A stretch of 63,763 bases of DNA, counting the filler, from Craspedostauros australis (Eukaryota), in NCBI GenBank assembly GCA_030167865.1. It is 17 parts of 17 records of this genome, joined end to end, with 100 filler letters (N's around TTAATTAATTAA, not from the genome) between each part and the next. Parts side by side here need not be neighbours in the genome. Positions count along the whole stretch, not along the records: positions 12,555 to 14,487 come from JALAGF010000974.1; positions 14,588 to 17,469 come from JALAGF010000975.1; positions 17,570 to 19,226 come from JALAGF010000976.1; positions 19,327 to 20,961 come from JALAGF010000977.1; positions 21,062 to 22,231 come from JALAGF010000978.1; positions 22,332 to 23,773 come from JALAGF010000979.1; positions 23,874 to 26,528 come from JALAGF010000980.1; 10 more parts are not named here. The stretch is one strand, 5' to 3'. Both the position numbers and the translations under genes were made by a program. Below, in pieces: positions 12,645-25,553 of the stretch (its first letter is position 1; every line of letters begins with the position of its first letter). The notes below the pieces were generated by a model that did not search any database, was not told where the DNA came from, and worked only from the letters and a program-made list of their open reading frames with translations.

Positions 12645-13295
12645 CGTCTGTGTCTGTGTGTACCGGTCTCTTTCGTTCGTTACGATTTAGGCGGTCTGTG
12701 CTTGCTGATGTTGGGTGCCTGACAACTCGGTACAATCACCCCTGTTTGTTGCGACGGTACTGGTCTACACGACAGACACGACACGCACGAAACAAAACCA
12801 TCGCTCGCGCAACATCGATCGCACACCATCAGACACAGTCCTCCTGATCTTCGTTTGTTTCCGTGTCCGTGTCCGTGTGTACCAGTCTTTTTGGTTCGTT
12901 GTGATGTAGCCCGTCTGTCTGTTTGCTGATGCCGCGCGTCTGACAACTCGGTACGATCAGCCCTGTTTGTTGCGACCGTATTGGTCTGCATGACAGACAC
13001 GACACGCATGATAACAACAACATTGATCGCACACCATCAGACACAGTCCTCCTGCTCTTTGTCCGTGTCTGTGTGTACCAGTCTTTTTGGTTTGTTACGA
13101 TTTAGCCTGTCTGTCCGTACTTGTTGATGTTGCACATGTGACTACTCGGTATGATTGATTGACCCTGTGTGCCATGACTCCATACCCGGTTTGTTTCAGC
13201 AATACTGCACGGACATGCAACCCACGTACAGAATTGCGCGGGCACAATCAAACACAACATGTCCAATCCTCCTCTGTGTCTGTGTATGCAGGTCG
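12645..13295. repeat. Degenerate tandem repeat, three ~200-220-bp units plus the start of a fourth
   Basis: Anchor GTGTAC/GTGTAT recurs near 12661, 12880, 13076 and 13285; units 1-2 share TGACAACTCGGTAC and GATCGCACACCATCAGACACAGTCCTCCTG. Confidence 0.85.
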
Positions 13296-13504
13296 TTTTG
13301 TGCCAGTTCAAAGTGACATGGAGAGCCAAGGGAAACAAGCCAAACAACATACTAAATTGTGCATGTTATTGTGTGTTCAGAACAAATCAACAATAGCAGC
13401 GCTTGCCCTGTTTGTTTTACTCTGTCTGTTGCTGAAATGGATGTTTCACTGGTAGGTGTCACATGTTTGTCCTCCATCCTGTTGGTATACCAAGATACAT
13501 CGGA

Positions 13505-14476
13505 ATGGCATTGGAGACAACAGAGACAACCATTGCATGCATGGGCATGGAGCTTCTGGGACAAGCAATTGATCCTGGACTCCAGACTTCACCATCAGAT
13601 AGTGTGCAAACATGCGTCCAAAGCAACCTCGGAACACACACAAAAGTGGTGGCAATGGCATGGGACAGACTGAATGAGAAGGACTTACTGCCTTGTAATG
13701 CAGCAATGGAGGACCTGCTGTGCACTCTAATGTTCTGAAACAATATCCAACATGGGGAGTGGTGGCTGGATGCATGGGAAAGGATGTGAAAACTGTACGG
13801 AAGTGGACAAGGATTTTTCTTTGTGCATTGGGACTCCTCAGCCATGAACTTGTAAGTGGCATGACGTTAGTACATCAACAGCCAGACTGCAACATACACA
13901 ATGCAATTGATGAGCCACATGCTGTATCTCTCACAATCTCTGTCTTTTTCAATGTTGCCAGGTGTTGATCCTATCCCAGATATGCTTTGAAGATCGGAAA
14001 ATGGAATGTGCACAAGGAGCATCAAACATGGCATCCGTAGATGGCACGGACTTCTCCATCATAGAGCCTACATTGTATGACCCAGGCTGGTATTCCCACA
14101 AATTCCAAGCTGTGGGTCTCGGCTACAAAGCTTGCATTTCCATTGCAAAAGGGCACCTTGTGTGGGTGGACGGACCGTATCCATGTGGGGAGTGGCCAGA
14201 CATCAGAATTTATTTAGAGAAGCTCCTACATTCATTGGATTCTTCCAAGAAGGTTGTTGCGGACTGAGGGTACAGAGGTGAGCCTAACTGCTGCTTGGAT
14301 CGCATGCAACGCAATGGCATGATTTGTGCATGCCATGAAGCTGTACATAAAAAGGTTCAAGAACTGGAAGTGCCTGAAGCAAAAATGGTGGCACTGTTTG
14401 GACAAGCACCAGTATGCAATGTACATGGTTGCTGCAATCACGCAATTGGAACTGAAACATACGAATCAGCTGTTTA
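13505..14476 (+). pseudogene. PIF/Harbinger-ISL2EU (DDE_Tnp_4-type) transposase pseudogene with one intron (13852-13979)
   Basis: LLCTLMF/LKQY...DVKTVRKW; GTAAGT..CAG intron; SVDGTDF, WYSHKF, VWVDGPYPCGEWPD, AD*GYRGEP, ACHE, KRFKNWKCL, VAAITQL; contains a stop and frameshifts. Confidence 0.85.
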
Positions 14477-14832
14477 ACCTCACCCGANNNNNNNNNNNNN
14501 NNNNNNNNNNNNNNNNNNNNNNNNNNNNNNNTTAATTAATTAANNNNNNNNNNNNNNNNNNNNNNNNNNNNNNNNNNNNNNNNNNNNTGACTTCTGCCCA
14601 TGAGCTAATCGGTGACTTGCGCCATTCCCTTTCACAGTTGCGTGTAGCAATTTGTGGCTGCACGTACCGGCTTTTGCTCCGCGTATCTGCACCATGTCCT
14701 GCGATGGCGCCAATACGGCGACTATGGTTCGTCGCCAAGTGTGTCGATATGGTATCCTTGGGATGATCACAGCTCGCTCCATCCATCCATTCGTCAATCT
14801 ATCCAATACGTATGGTACTGGTATCAGTAGCA

Positions 14833-14868
14833 TGTCGTGTCGTGTCGTGTCGTGTCGTGTCGTGTCGT
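14833..14868. repeat. (GTGTC)n microsatellite
   Basis: Tandem 5-mers. Confidence 0.9.
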
Positions 14869-17800
14869 ATCGGAAAGTCACGAATGTATTCTGGAGTGTG
14901 CGCGATTTGTCGCTCGGCTTGTGAATCAGGATGCGCAGTTCTCTTGCNNNNNNNNNCCAGTTCTCGGCGCAGAGCAGTGGCTCACATTTTGCTCTCACGC
15001 GGACACAAGTCAATCGCGGCGAGAGGACGAGTACACGCCATCAATTCGAAAATGTTTGTGCTTGCAAGGAAATCGGAACAAGCTCTCAGCCTCATCCACA
15101 CTACCTCATCCGTTAGTATTGCACTATTGTTTCATTGCTCAGAACATCCCATCCATCTGCCGCGACGCTTTCTGTACAGATGATCACCACCAGCTTCTCG
15201 CCTATCGCTCATCCAACAACCGCTGGGGGAGACAACAAATCGCATCCGCCTGTGGAACAGCGTTCACCAATCATCAACCGCCAGTGCCATTCATGGTTGG
15301 CGCTGGCTGTTGCTTGCTCTGTGACTATCCAGACTGCCACGAACGGTCCCAGCAGACATCAGAGAATGACGACGATCAGCGAGAGCGAGTGATGTTACCA
15401 AATCCATGGCGCAAAAAGAAAACACATGATGGTATCGCTGTCGTCGCCTGGAGCAAAATTGTCATCGTATTGCCGCAGCGCCAAGAAGAATTGTTATTCT
15501 ATGCGTCGCTGCTGTCAAATCAATACAATTACCCTAAACTCAATCCACAATATGCCGTCCAAACGGCCAGGACATCGTTGTTCCTCGTCTTTGATCCACA
15601 ACAACTCTGGAGACGATAACGCACCATGGAACTGATCGTCATACCTATCTCATGGGGGTAACAATGCTGACAATCCTCGCACTCCAAGTCTGCCTGCGCC
15701 GCTGACCACCAAGCGCGCCTTGTGGATGCAACACCATCGTTGACGGTTGGAATTGACGGTGGAATGTTGATTCTGCGGANNNNNNNNNNNNNNNNNNNNN
15801 NNNNNNNNNNNNNNNNNNNNNNNNNNNNNNNNNNNNNNNNNNNNNNNNNNNNNNNNNNNNNNNNNNNNNNNNNNNNNNNNNNNNATACTGCTGTACTCCC
15901 CTTCTTGTGTTCAGTGCGGTACATCATTCTGTTCTCGCAGAGCCACTCCGCAGTTTTGTGGCGCACCAGAACCGATTCTTCTGGGAATGTGTATCAACAG
16001 GCACAAAGCAGTCCAGAATTCGCGATCGCAGTATCTGATTTGGTTTTGTTCCACACAGGTTTCTACCAAAACATCATATACTACGTCTGTATGTCCACCG
16101 AAATCAGAAAAAAGTACAGAGCGCTTCTTTGCGTGCGACATGGAACAGAACCAGGAAAAGGAATGAAACGTGATCAAGAAAAGAGCAAAATGAACTCACA
16201 AACTTCCACAACAACAACAAGACACCAAAATCCTGTCTGAGAGGCGCAACGCGCGGCGACTCGGCAACTCGAGAAGAGCAGAGCACAGCAGAGCACAGCA
16301 GCGTACATCAGGAATGTGCCATAGTTGCCACCGGTCAACTTTGATTCGCAGGATGGGAACGTTATCCTCCTGCACCTATCTTGTCACAGAGTCTCGTGCC
16401 CCTTGTATGAAATGAGAGACCACACATGGAACACGCGAGATCATGGTTCGACGAACCCAGCAGTGATAACAGTTCCCGCACACACGAAGTACTACCAGCA
16501 TCAGCAAAGGCAAAAGTAGCATCCCACTATACCTGGTGGAATATGCTGATAGCTCTGCACCTCCATCCCATCCTAATGTCGTACGTACAGCGCAGTGCAC
16601 GTACATACCATCGCATTCTGATGCAGTTTTTCTCCTCCACACCTGTTCTGCGTCCGCCGCGAGAAACTGCGTGCAATCAATTGGGGCCAAAAACAGCCGA
16701 AATGTGTCCAAGTTGAAGACAATGACGAGTCGCACCTGTGTCCGATCGAAAGCTAAAAACGTAAAGCACGGGCTACTGTGGGGAATTTCTCAACTCAAGC
16801 CCTCATAACTTTTAAAATATAAAGTGTAACAATTCTAGGAAAGTCAATCTGTCACTTTCTCGTAGAGAGGAACATCATATTAAATTTATAAGGAAATCTG
16901 AGAAGACTTCCCGAGAAAGGTGTACTATTTTCGCTCAGGCGGGTCTTAAATCGAGACGAAGCGTGTGGAGGTCATTTTCGGAGTTTTTCCTCAATTGCCC
17001 CTTAAATGGCATTGATTGCAATGGCCCACGAAGAGTTTCTGAGAACGAACGTAGGAGTCGAGAACGTTCTTTTCGCAGAAACGGATGTCATTAGAGGCCT
17101 ATCGCATTTCACATTCACACCCCTGTGTTCATGTCACATGTGGCACTCACGTTCGGATTTCACATTGGTACTCGTGACTNNNNNNNNNNNNNNNCAGAAA
17201 GACGACCAACATGACTGAATCGGCTTCTCTTCTGTAGAATAGAGCTCTAGTTTAGACTGCTCTGATATGAATGCTCCTGGCATGTTATTGCATCACTTGT
17301 TGAGACCAAAGGTTGATAGAATCATTAATGGGTGTGATCTGAGTTGCACGCAACGCACATCCCTCTTTCTTCTCTTAGGAGCTTTGTGTTCTGAGAGTTT
17401 CGCTGCCATCTCTTCTGTCTCAACTTTGCCACAAACAGAGGTCCGGTAACATATGCGCAAGCACTTTGTNNNNNNNNNNNNNNNNNNNNNNNNNNNNNNN
17501 NNNNNNNNNNNNNTTAATTAATTAANNNNNNNNNNNNNNNNNNNNNNNNNNNNNNNNNNNNNNNNNNNNTGGAGGCGACAAGACCTTCAATTGGAGTGAC
17601 CATCGTGATGGCCAATATGACCTTTCGATTGCAACCCAAGACAAGAATGGCCTGACCCCGATGCATGACGATGCCAGAACCTCACCGCATGCAGCGCCCA
17701 CCATTGAAGAGCAACCTCCCGGGACAGGGGAGCCCACAAGGACTACCGGCTCCATCGAACCAATGGCACACAAGCCCCATGAGAAGGAAGACCCCGATCC

Positions 17801-18095
17801 AGGGCCATCGTACCTTCTTTGTTCGTCGGGACCACCATCCTACCAACAAATGGATGACGGCCCCGAAGAAAGGGGAGGGAATGGGAGGAACAGGCAAGAG
17901 AAGCGACTCCCATCTACCATCAACGCCAGAAAGGACATCCTTTGGAGGATTAATTTCCACAGGACGAACCGATCTAAAATCAAGACCATCTGCAAACGAC
18001 AAGACACTGTGGAGAACCCCACGCATGGATCGAACCTGGGCGCTGCTAGGAGTGCCACGAAGTCAAAAACCNNNNNNNNNNNNNNNNNNNNNNNN

Positions 18096-18350
18096 CTCGC
18101 ACTACCCATTGATGGACCAGCAATCATGATGAGAGACAACAAGGCAATGGTACTGAACACCACGGCCCCTCCATCGCCCTTGAAGAAGAAACACTGCTCC
18201 TCGGCATTCCACCAGATTCGAGAGTGCATCGCCGCAGGTATCATTGTACTCTGCTGCATTGCTTCAATCAACACCACCTCTGACATGCACACCAAACCAC
18301 TCTCCAAAAACCCCTTCCGCCACATCGCATCGAAGACGGTCCTCAGGAAC
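18096..18350 (+). mobile_element. Degenerate Ty1/copia RNase H C-terminal fragment within a longer open frame (17661-19226)
   Basis: PIDGPAIMMRDNKAMVLNTT..LKKKH..AFHQIRECIAAG..SDMHTKPL. Confidence 0.8.
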
Positions 18351-19326
18351 TTAATATACGAACCAGGGCCCCACCACGAAATCGTATCCCCCGCGAAACC
18401 GCGCGCCAAGGTCACCAGAGCGGAAGACGACCCTGACCTGCCAACCGATCGACCAGAGGCGCAATCATGCCACAGCAAGAAACGCACCGATACAAGAAAC
18501 ATCAATGTCATCCGGCACCAACAAACACGCATGGACATCAGCCCATCGTCAACTACCCTCTGGCTCACGACAACTCGACGGGAGCCGACCCCTCTAGAGA
18601 GGTCCCGGAGAAGGCCACCTAGACCCGTCACACCGATCGCAATCACGTTGGCCGAATCCAGCCGGCAGACGCCACCAAATTTCGATGTCGCATGCGAGAC
18701 GCCCGATATCCTTGCCACGACTACTGATCGCAATCCCAGTAACGGATCACTTGACAATGTTTGTCACCAACCCATCGACGCATCTCCGACGGATCTCGCA
18801 ACAGAACCCAGCCCACCGCCAGACATCAATTTTTCATTGACATCGGAAAGCTTGACGCCTCGGTTTTCTGTCACGCTGGAACACGTTCTCAGCTCTCAGG
18901 TGCTGTACCCTGCAGGGAAGAAGGGAACCTTCCATGGAATTGTCACAGGCTACGATGGTCACAGGGTCTGTATCTTCTGTACCAAGGGCAACAGGAAGGT
19001 CCACACTGACACCATGTCCTATGCAGACAGCCAATCCGTATTCCCACTCTCCCTCCACGAATATCCCGATGAAGACCTCAAGGCTACAGAGGTCCTCAGC
19101 ATCGCAATCGCGGATGGACAGTGGTCCTACCCAGCTGACGACGGCGCATGGGCAGAGGAACTCAGCATGGATAGATCCACGAATCAGAGACCATCAACCT
19201 GCCACTTCTTCAGTTTGAGGAAGAACNNNNNNNNNNNNNNNNNNNNNNNNNNNNNNNNNNNNNNNNNNNNTTAATTAATTAANNNNNNNNNNNNNNNNNN
19301 NNNNNNNNNNNNNNNNNNNNNNNNNN

Positions 19327-20961
19327 CATACCCCGCACAACCGCGCTCCCTGTTGACTCAGCTGCAGGCTCTTCATGTGCTCATCTTGCTTGCCAAGTGC
19401 ATTGGACATGACAGCGTATGTGGGAAGCTTGTCATGAATGGATTTGGCATGCTCGAGCAGATCATCACCCAGCGAATACCCCAAATCGAATCGATTCAGC
19501 GACAGCTCAATGTCGCATCGAGCGCGCATCAATCGCAGGGTCAAGTCGTAGTGTTCGTGCCATGGATCACCCCGCGTCTTNCGAAGTGACANGTTGGCTT
19601 GCTGAAGGTANGTCGCGGCNGGTATCAGCGCAGCCATTTGGAGTGCATGCTCGCCGACCTGNAGNTTCCGTTGAGCCGACATCAGGTGGTCTTTGCTTGG
19701 GATGCAGTTGAGATGCTCGGCTGCGATGAAGAGGAGGCCGCTGTCATTGGCGATGACGATTCCGTCCGACGGATGGGTCTGGGTATCCGTGCGTTGACCT
19801 GGGGGTGTACTTTCTGAGAGTTTGTTTGGTACAGTGCCCATACAAAGATCCCACAGGCATTGGCCAATCCGCAGGCGGAGCTTTGTACGGGTTTCCCCAA
19901 ATGGCACCAGATCATGAGCTGCCTGCTGAATGCGATCATGTGCGAAGCGGTAAGTTGTTCCGCCGATGGAGTTGGCCAGTAGGCCTTCCAGAACTGCTTG
20001 CTCCAGCCACCCCGCAAGCGGGGTCTTGGAATCATCATCATCGTTGTTGATGTTGATGATGTTATCTGCATCGTGGTTTGAGTTTCCGCCAAGGATTTCA
20101 TTGTCCGGTACATTGCTCCGTTGTTCGTTGTTCCATACGGCTTGCAGAAGGTCCAGTTCAAACGATGATCGAATGTACGACGCCAGCACGAGAGCTCTCT
20201 GCAACGAAACCGGAAGAGCTCGCAACTTGGATGATATCAGCATGATCACATCGCTCGATCTCTTCCTGCTTGTGTGATCCAGCTCCCTTACCGCGTGGCC
20301 GCTGCGTTGATGCGATCCCATCATGGATGTGTTGAGTTCCCATTGGAACGTGATGCGGCTGTACGCCAATGCCTTCGTGCGTTCCATGTCCTGCAGCAGT
20401 TGAACTGAGTAGAAGATGTTGCCTTCGCTCTGCCTGTACAGCACCTCGACTGTATCGTCGACGACATCATCGTCCTGCTGGAAGAGATGTGACACCCATT
20501 CTCGCATTTCCTGCCTCGTGAAGTTGCGGAGGTCGATGTTGACGAATGGGGTTGATGGTTCATCACCAGCGGGATCGCTGGCAGGATCATCCTTCGTAGT
20601 GTTACCATTTCCTCTGTTGTTGGTGCTGCCATTTTCGTTCGATGGTGACGTTGCTGTTCCTGATATCGCTGCGGTTGCAGAACGCTCCTCCATATCCGCG
20701 TGGAACTTCGCAAATGGCAGATGGGGTTCCAACTCCAACACTTCGTCGGACAGATGCGGGTTGGGCACCTGGCGGATGGTTCCGATCAACAGGAAATGGG
20801 ACTGATGGATTGCCGTTGACATCAAGTCCATGCACTCCTGTGATGCCCACTGTAAGTCATCCAGCACCAGCACCATCGGACATTGCTTGGAGGAGATGAG
20901 AGTCAGGAACTGGATGAAGGTGTATTGGAAACGATTCCAAGACTTGTCCGTGTTGGAGATA
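19327..20961 (-). CDS. STAND-type P-loop ATPase (COG3899/AAA_16-like) with helical TPR-like tail, internal fragment
   Basis: Walker B VLVLDDLQWAS, LLIGTIR, SEGNIFY, YRFAHDRIQQAA; open across the whole contig. Confidence 0.85.
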
Positions 20962-21061
20962 NNNNNNNNNNNNNNNNNNNNNNNNNNNNNNNNNNNNNNN
21001 NNNNNTTAATTAATTAANNNNNNNNNNNNNNNNNNNNNNNNNNNNNNNNNNNNNNNNNNNN

Positions 21062-22231
21062 AGTCTTTGCGCTGGTCTCGTCTTGCGGAGTGGGCACCGC
21101 AGATGCAGATGCTGTCTCCGAAATGATGGTTGTTTGTGAAGACTTCTTGGTGCTGGCATCGGCTTCTTTCGTTTGTGCGTTGTCTCTTGCACGTCCCATG
21201 GTGCTGAGAACCCCAATGGTGGCCAACGATGCAACAGCTGGGGCCAACAGCTGTGATGAGGCAATGCCCGCCTTCTGCTGACCTTTGCTCTCCTCAGACA
21301 CCACTGCACCTTGTTTTGCCTGTGAGCTTGTGGCTGCGGCCGTCGCGGATTGGGCCGGGTTGTCCACGACTTCATAGGGATCCATCTCATGGCACACAAT
21401 GACATCGCCGCTCTCACCGTCGTACACTTCAAAGCTCGTGCTGTCGTAGTTCACGAGGTTGGTGACTGGTGCTGCACCAGCTGGGTTGGTGGTAGACTTG
21501 TCGGTGCCAATGCTCTGTGCTGAATTGTGTGATGCAAGAGCGTCGTCTCCGTCACCAGTCCATGGATCCCCGTATGAATGCTGCCCCTCCATGGAGTCGC
21601 TGATAACGATGACGCCATCGGAATGACTCTGCGATGGTCGAATCTGCTGGTGATCATTGTCACCCTCGTTGTCACCGGAGCAGTGGTCGTCTTCGTCGTC
21701 GAGCACAATGATCTCTTCCACATTTCGCGAGCGGGAGGCGTTCTCTGCTGTTTTTTTTTTTGCTCGATGGAATAATTCCCAGGTGACGCACCACCCTGGC
21801 TTCCGTGGTCGGTGACATCAATTGGGTCATGTTCAGCCGGAGCACCACCAACATCAGCATTGTCGCAATCCTTTTCTGCATTCATCAACAACTTGGTCAT
21901 GGTCGCTGCGCCAACCCCAAGGACAACTGCTGCACCTGCGGCTACTCCAGTCGGGGCGTTCTTGGTGACATCGTCCAATGACGACTTCGCTGAGCTGATT
22001 GACTTGTGGGATGAGTTACGCTCGATGTGACCAGTCGAAACAGTTGCCGATGCATCTTGAGCGGCGTCGGCAACATCGTTTGTTGAGGCCGCCGACGCGT
22101 TGTCGGTGCAGCTACTATCGACAGGATTCGAGTTGGCGCTTGCGCTTGTCACCACGCTGACTGCAGGGCTGCCGTCAGCTGCAACTTTGGCTGTGGTAGT
22201 GGTAGTGGTTTTGGCTGCAGATGCCACAGAT
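21062..22231 (-). CDS. Low-complexity acidic Ser/Thr/Ala-rich protein fragment with an apparent frameshift in an A11 run (21751-21761)
   Basis: ORFs 21451..22227 and 21014..21721 join into one frame if the run is A12; similar composition on both sides. Confidence 0.55.
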
Positions 22232-22331
22232 NNNNNNNNNNNNNNNNNNNNNNNNNNNNNNNNNNNNNNNNNNNNTTAATTAATTAANNNNNNNNNNNNN
22301 NNNNNNNNNNNNNNNNNNNNNNNNNNNNNNN

Positions 22332-22574
22332 CTGCGAGATACAACACGAGGTAATCAAGCAGCACGTTAGCAACCGTGCAATAGGCACCATCATTAGAAA
22401 TAGGAGATCATCATCCCATAATCCAAACTCAATCATCAATTGACACACCAATAACTTAGCAACCAAATACACCAAACATCTCCAACTTCACCTATTGGAT
22501 TGATCACCCAGGCGGCGTCGTAAGTGCAGTGTTTGGTGCTCTCCTCTTGTCCTGTGTGTAACTGCTGATTATCA
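22332..22574 (-). mobile_element. LTR-like repeat family B, copy 2, inserted into the non-LTR RT
   Basis: Begins TGATAATCAGCAG on the minus strand exactly where the RT frame stops; matches 4898-4980. Confidence 0.75.
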
Positions 22575-23773
22575 GGCGACGCCCATGGATGGTAGAGCAG
22601 TGGTGAGGGCCGCGCTCATGACTGCCTCCCATTGCGGTCGGGACATGGTTGTGGCTGGGGAGGAGTACGCGAGGGCAGGCCACAGTACTGACTTCGTGGC
22701 GATCTCGACGTCCTGCTTGTGGATTCGGGATGTGCGGATTTTGTTGGCCCATTCTCTTGACTTCTGTAAGAGATATGACGCGTGCTCCGTTTGCCGTCCG
22801 TCTCGTCGCGACACCATGCCCAGGTATTTGGATGCCGACCTGGGGCTGGAGACTGCCAGTTGGGTGCGCCTGCCTGTGGGGTCGCGCATGTGAAGGCTTT
22901 GGGTTGGAGCGGCAAGGTCGTACACCCATTTGACTCGGTTCCATTTGAAGCGTATCAGCTGCCAGAAACTCTTTGACGGCTCCAATGCTCCTCCTGTGGC
23001 TGTCAGCAGGTCGTCCCAGCTGCTCACTGTTGTCTGGAACATTGCTGCTTGTTCGTTTGGGCGCGCTGTCGGCAGGCTGTGCATGACGTTGGTGTCGTCA
23101 ACGTATGCGGTGCCAACTATCGTGTGTTGCTCGTTGGTGACGGGGTTGGGCACTCGGAGTCCATGTCCTTGTGACCGCATGTGGTCTATGATGGCAGAGC
23201 TAATGAGTAGCCAACCGGTTGGCGCCGATCCGAGTCCTTGCACGAGGCCTTGCAGGTGGTTGCGGCGTTGTTTGCCCGAGTACGATGCTTCTGATGTTCC
23301 GGCCGCTGTGCGGATTCTGTGTGTCATAGACTGGAGCGTGTTTAGCGTGCTGGCGATTGGCGGCGTGGGTACTCCTTGTCGTTGAAGGGCCAAGCTGAAG
23401 ATGGAGTGGGCGATGCGGTCGTAGCATCCTTTCGCGTCGTTCGAGCATACTGCATAGTGTTCACCAGTGACCCTGTGGATGTCGTCGATTAGCACCGAGT
23501 TGAGCAGGACCTCTTGGGCTGTGTGGGCCTTCCTGCTGCCGTATTGTTCGGCTGCGATGGTGCCTTGTGCCTCGGCATGAGCACGGGCCTGCTTCCCCAG
23601 GAGGCGATTATTCATGTTGAAATCGCCCTCCATGAGTCCGATGGTCCGGGTCTTGGTGACTGATAGATCTCCAGGCTTCTTACGGAGCTGGATGTCCACG
23701 CACTGTTGCCATCGCTTGAGGCTGTACCCTGTGCGATACGGGATCTCGCGCAGGATGGCATCGATGGTTGCCA
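22575..23773 (-). mobile_element. Non-LTR retrotransposon reverse transcriptase fragment
   Basis: KTRTIGLMEGDFN, EQYGSRK, NDAKGCYDRIAH, QGLVQGLGSAP, YVDD, TGGALEPSKSFW, KYLG. Confidence 0.92.
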
Positions 23774-25553
23774 NNNNNNNNNNNNNNNNNNNNNNNNNNN
23801 NNNNNNNNNNNNNNNNNTTAATTAATTAANNNNNNNNNNNNNNNNNNNNNNNNNNNNNNNNNNNNNNNNNNNNCGGTGGTCGATCATACAGCTGAAGAGC
23901 AAATGGTAGTGCAGAAAGTCAGTAGTAGAGTATATCACAAGATATGTGCACTATTGGGTTGGTGTGTAGCATGCGTTGCATGTGTAATACCATGTCAGTT
24001 CATGCTGTTATTGGAGCTGGATGCGATGTCGTATGTTGACTAGAGTTCGGCGTGTAGGTTTTGGTCCCCATGTAGCGAATGCTACTCTGAGTATGACCGC
24101 AGCCTTCCGGCATCGAACCAGTCCACCGGTTGTACCGGCTTTTGACGAATCTATCCCAACTCCATGTTATGCACTTCCTGATCCCCCGGGGCAGGACACC
24201 CCGCAGACGCACCAGCGCAACAATCGCCAACGCAGGAAGGCCCAGGGCGGGAGGGCGAGGCAAAAAGGAAGAGAGGAGATCAGCAGTGAAGTTTCATGCA
24301 GTACTGTGCGCCGTGATCATGCGACGACAGTGACTGATGAATTCCTGTGATCTTATGTGCTTGTGTTGTGACTTTCTGATGTTGGCCTTGCATGGTTGTT
24401 GTTGTTGTTGATAGTTCCAGTAGGCCTGCCCCTATTAGGCCTAGTGTCAGGAAAGGGCAGTGTGCCATCTGTTCGTTGATTGGCCTGTTGGAGTACCATA
24501 CGTGGGTCGTGCATCCAGTCTGTTGAGTCGATCGGGTCAAACACTCTGATGTAAAAGCCTGCTTGATTGATGATTCGTGATGAATGCTAATTGCGAAACG
24601 AGGATTCTCTCGCTGGAACAAACGAAAAGTGCACACGTACAAAGACATAGGACTGACAATATCACGACATAGCTGTTCTTCTTCTTTTGAGCTTAGGAAC
24701 ATGGCAACAGCTCCAGCTGTTAATCAATGCGGAAACACAACCTGCAAAGCGTTTTCGGCTGTTCCAGCGGTTCAAAGCTCCACCAATCAGAGACCGGTTT
24801 GGCTTTTTGTCAACGTGATGCAAACATCGCTTTCTTGTGTGAGGGTGAAGGCGCGATAATTCCGAACCGCGAACGAGCAAATCACAGGAAACAAATGTCA
24901 ACGACTTCGGCGGGGTTTGCGATGGCGAAAGAATGCCACGAGGACAAACAATCAGGTGTTCACAAAGTCTCGGTGACATCCCCATCGCAATAAATATGGC
25001 GATTGAGCGTTAGGAACGTTATTACAATTAATGTCGGGTGAGGCACGAAACAAGTGTGGCGATCATGGATCCATAAGAATCGCGCGCGCCGCGTCGCAAT
25101 TTAGTCCAACAGAAAATTGAATGAAAATGTTGACTGGAACTCTTGTGATTTCTCTTGCTCACGCTTTTTGGACGCCACACGCGAGAAGAGAATTCGGTGA
25201 CGAGAGCTGACCCAAAGTCTGAAGGTTTGGCGTGGAACAACAACGGAAACTGGTGGATGCTAACCGCACTGATGCGGCCAGCACCTTCGGAGATTTGCGC
25301 GATACACGAACCTGGATCCTCCGTAGATGCGTGCCATCTGACGCAAACCAACCGACACACGGTCATCTGCAACAAGCACCAAAGGACGTCCACACTCACT
25401 GGTTTTGTGTGCTCTGGCTGGTGAGGTGCAGACATCATCTTCTGTTGTTGCATCGTCCTCCAACTCGCTCCGAAGTCGTCACAAAATTTTGAGACCGCAA
25501 GTCGTGACCGCAACTTCACTCGACTCCACTCTGCTCCACAGCAAAATCCCACC

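Noticed and set aside
16941..16951. GGGTCTTAAAT shared with 771-781
   Set aside because: Only 11 bp with no flanking similarity; could be chance
14588..17469. Genes in this contig and in 29933-32700
   Set aside because: Only short ORFs with no recognisable motifs or consistent exon structure
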